40,000 nt of DNA, taken from positions 21,798 through 61,797 of the forward strand of contig SFAU01000020.1 in the NCBI GenBank assembly GCA_007096045.1. Direction: 5' to 3'. How positions within the stretch are numbered: the first letter of the stretch is position 1; every line of letters starts with the position of its first letter. Of the stretch, positions 39,655-40,000 are shown piece after piece. The notes under the pieces were generated by a model. It was not told the DNA's origin. It saw only the letters and a program-made list of their open reading frames with translations, and did no database searches. The position numbers were made by a program, and so were the translations under genes. Source of the stretch: Microcystis novacekii Mn_MB_F_20050700_S1 (GTDB lineage: Bacteria; Cyanobacteriota; Cyanobacteriia; Cyanobacteriales; Microcystaceae).

Positions 39655-40000
39655 TTGGAAAACATCGGCAAAATTCCCCTCAAAGATGAATGGCGTAATC
39701 GCTGGGCAACCATCAAACAATTTATCCTTAATCCGGTTCGAGAAATGGCGTTTTTGCAAGATCAGTTTCAAGTTTCTGAACTATATACTAATATAGCGAA
39801 ACGCGATCCTCATCTTCAGGATCCTAATTTTCCCCAATGGCTTAATTTTGGTTATTGGAAAGAAGAAACAACTTATAACGGAGCTTGTGCCGCTTTAGCG
39901 CGTAAATTAGCCGAAGTAGCCGAACTTAAAGCCGGAGATCACCTTTTAGATGTGGGTTTCGGTTTTGCTGAACAGGATTTACTCTGGGTAAGAGAAAACA
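39655..40000 (+). CDS. mcyJ: O-methyltransferase McyJ (partial, 3' end beyond window)
   Basis: An open frame starts at TTG 39655, 8 nt after AGGAGG (39641-39646), and has an in-frame stop upstream at 39640-39642. Translation is LENIGKIPLKDEWRNRWATIKQF...GDHLLDVGFGFAEQD, which contains the SAM-binding motif I (LDVGFG). Its position after mcyI matches the Microcystis gene order. Confidence 0.85.
   Translation, partial: MENIGKIPLKDEWRNRWATIKQFILNPVREMAFLQDQFQVSELYTNIAKRDPHLQDPNFPQWLNFGYWKEETTYNGACAALARKLAEVAELKAGDHLLDVGFGFAEQDLLWVREN

Overview
This is a cyanobacterial chromosomal window of Microcystis type. It is AT-rich, carries HIP1-like GCGATCG(C) sites (a full GCGATCGC at 9484-9491) and has tandem heptamer arrays. 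The first 5.5 kb holds minus-strand housekeeping genes: the 5' end of a signal-peptide protein gene, pyrD, a zinc-finger-less dnaJ-type co-chaperone, and a long-tailed dnaK (DnaK3-like). From 5521 to the window end a single plus-strand operon encodes giant PKS/NRPS enzymes and tailoring and export genes. Its order, domain architecture and ORF lengths match the Microcystis microcystin synthetase genes mcyD-mcyE-mcyF-mcyG-mcyH-mcyI-mcyJ (mcyJ is truncated by the window end). The main system is therefore well described, not new. Four things deserve a second look. (1) mcyA-C are not in the expected divergent position, and dnaK starts only 495 bp upstream of mcyD. (2) The AT domain of McyD module 1 is a shortened remnant lacking its catalytic motifs. 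(3) The KR domain of the same module has Ala where the catalytic Tyr should be. (4) The dnaK-dnaJ spacer is packed with heptamer repeat arrays in opposite orientations. No transposase, CRISPR array, tRNA or rRNA gene was seen. All homology statements come from motif reading and memory, because no database search was possible.
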